IMG/VR virus record: IMGVR_UViG_2579778956_000005
Coordinates: 1 to 6,818 of that record
Direction: 5' to 3' (one strand)
DNA: 6,818 nucleotides
Source of the DNA: a virus
Lineage: Duplodnaviria; Heunggongvirae; Uroviricota; Caudoviricetes
Part shown: positions 5,838-6,818 of the stretch, piece after piece
How the letters are laid out: each line of letters opens with the position of its first letter
How positions within the stretch are numbered: the stretch's first letter is position 1
Program-made: the position numbers and the translations under genes
The notes under the pieces: generated by a model
The model's database searches: none
Seen by the model: the letters and a program-made list of their open reading frames with translations, nothing else
Told to the model about the DNA's origin: nothing

Positions 5838-6818
5838 ATGGCAATTAAGAAGCTCGATGATGGTCGCTATGAAGTGGACATTAGACCTCGCGGTCGCGAC
5901 GGAAAACGCATCCGCAGGAAATTTGAAAGAAAAGCTGAAGCACTAGCATTTGAGCGATACACAATCGCCAATGCCAGTCAGAAAGAATGGGGAGGCCAGC
6001 GAGCAGACCGCCGAACTTTGACAGAATTGCTCGACATCTGGTGGAAATACCACGGGCAAAACCACGAGCATGGGACAAAAGAGTTTAATCATCTGCTCAA
6101 AACCATCAGCGGCATAGGTGATATACCAGTGAGCCGGATGAACAAAAGGGCTTTGATGGATTATCGCTCCATGCGACTACGTGATGGCATCAGTGCTGCA
6201 ACGATAAACCGCGACATGTACCGATTATCCGGCATGTTCACAAAATTAATTCAATTGGATGAATTTTCCGGGCAACACCCAATTCACGGACTGCCGCCAC
6301 TGACGGAGGCTAACCCTGAAATGACGTTCCTGGAAAAAGCAGAAATCGAAAAACTGCTAAATGTTTTGACTGGTGATGACTTACTTGTCGCGCTTTTATG
6401 TCTGAGCACTGGAGGAAGATGGACGGAAGTTGCCACGCTAAAACCAGCACAGATTACAAGTTGCAGGGTTACCTTCCTGAAAACCAAAAACGGTAAAAAG
6501 CGAACAGTGCCGATTTCTGAGGAACTGGAGAAAAAAGTTAAAGAGGAGGCCAGCGCCAAATTGTTCAAGGTAGATTATGAGAAGTTTTGCGGGATTTTAC
6601 GCAGAGTGAAACCTGATATACCTCCCAATCAGGCAACCCACATTCTGCGGCATACATTCGCAAGCCATTTCATGATGAATGGGGGCAACATAATTGCACT
6701 GCAACAGATTCTGGGGCATGCGAGCATTCAGCAGACAATGACCTATGCGCACCTTGCGCCTGACTACCTGCAGAACGCCGTCGCTCTGAATCCACTAAAA
6801 GGCGGAGTGACGTTATAA
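5838..6818 (+). CDS. int: Tyrosine integrase (P2 Int family)
   Basis: Seen: 326 aa from the ATG at 5838 (MAIKKLDDGRYEVDIRPRGRDGKRIRRKF...) with GGAGGG 8 nt upstream. The C-terminal catalytic region has conserved Arg (LSTGGRWTE), an H-x-L-R-H box (THILRHTFASHF) and the catalytic Tyr (QTMTYAHL). The stop TAA is the last three bases of the window. It follows C in the same orientation, as in P2. Confidence 0.9.
   Translation: MAIKKLDDGRYEVDIRPRGRDGKRIRRKFERKAEALAFERYTIANASQKEWGGQRADRRTLTELLDIWWKYHGQNHEHGTKEFNHLLKTISGIGDIPVSRMNKRALMDYRSMRLRDGISAATINRDMYRLSGMFTKLIQLDEFSGQHPIHGLPPLTEANPEMTFLEKAEIEKLLNVLTGDDLLVALLCLSTGGRWTEVATLKPAQITSCRVTFLKTKNGKKRTVPISEELEKKVKEEASAKLFKVDYEKFCGILRRVKPDIPPNQATHILRHTFASHFMMNGGNIIALQQILGHASIQQTMTYAHLAPDYLQNAVALNPLKGGVTL

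Larger units (their letters stand above)
443..6818. mobile_element. Defective P2-like prophage, int-proximal portion, with internal deletion; continues beyond the right window edge
   Basis: Mixed: the gene content and order int-C / cox-(orf78)-B-(orf80-83)-A' // T'-U-D-ogr follow the P2 map with the interval between A and T missing. The left boundary (attR side) is not resolved; it should lie just past ogr, somewhere around 380-453. attL is expected beyond 6818. Confidence 0.8.

Noticed and set aside
5881-6568. - strand ORFs 5881-6078 and 6284-6568 inside int
   Set aside because: Antisense to the integrase gene, which has clear catalytic motifs; the second product is Ser-rich and low-complexity.
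1-6818. CRISPR arrays, tRNA/rRNA genes, insertion sequences, toxin-antitoxin or recognisable defence-system genes
   Set aside because: No spaced direct repeats, no tRNA-like cloverleaf at the prophage edge inside the window, no transposase-like ORF and no ORF with nuclease, ATPase or other defence-type motifs; every sizeable ORF is accounted for by the P2-like gene set.

Overview
The window is a defective P2-family (Peduovirus-like) prophage of an enterobacterium, read here in reverse orientation to the standard P2 map. From right to left: a complete lysogeny module (int and C on the + strand), the divergent early operon on the - strand (cox, a small orf78-position gene, B, four small ORFs including a TraR/DksA zinc-finger protein, and the 5' third of replication gene A), then an abrupt junction onto the last ~30 codons of the tail tape-measure gene T, followed by intact tail genes U and D and the late activator ogr. 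The replication nickase domain and everything that lies between A and T in P2 (ori, tin/old region, cos, capsid, lysis and most tail genes) is missing, so the element looks replication- and packaging-defective while keeping immunity, integration/excision and Ogr. A strong hairpin terminator lies just past ogr, and an AT-rich ORF for a small secreted protein sits at the far left. I do not see a convincing novel defence or other system: in P2-like phages the known cargo hotspots lie in the deleted interval. The things worth a second look are the deletion junction, one AT-rich small ORF in the early operon, the palindrome-rich C/cox switch region, and the AT-rich secreted-protein gene at the ogr-side boundary. 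All protein identifications are from reading the translations and from recalled P2 biology; no database search was run.
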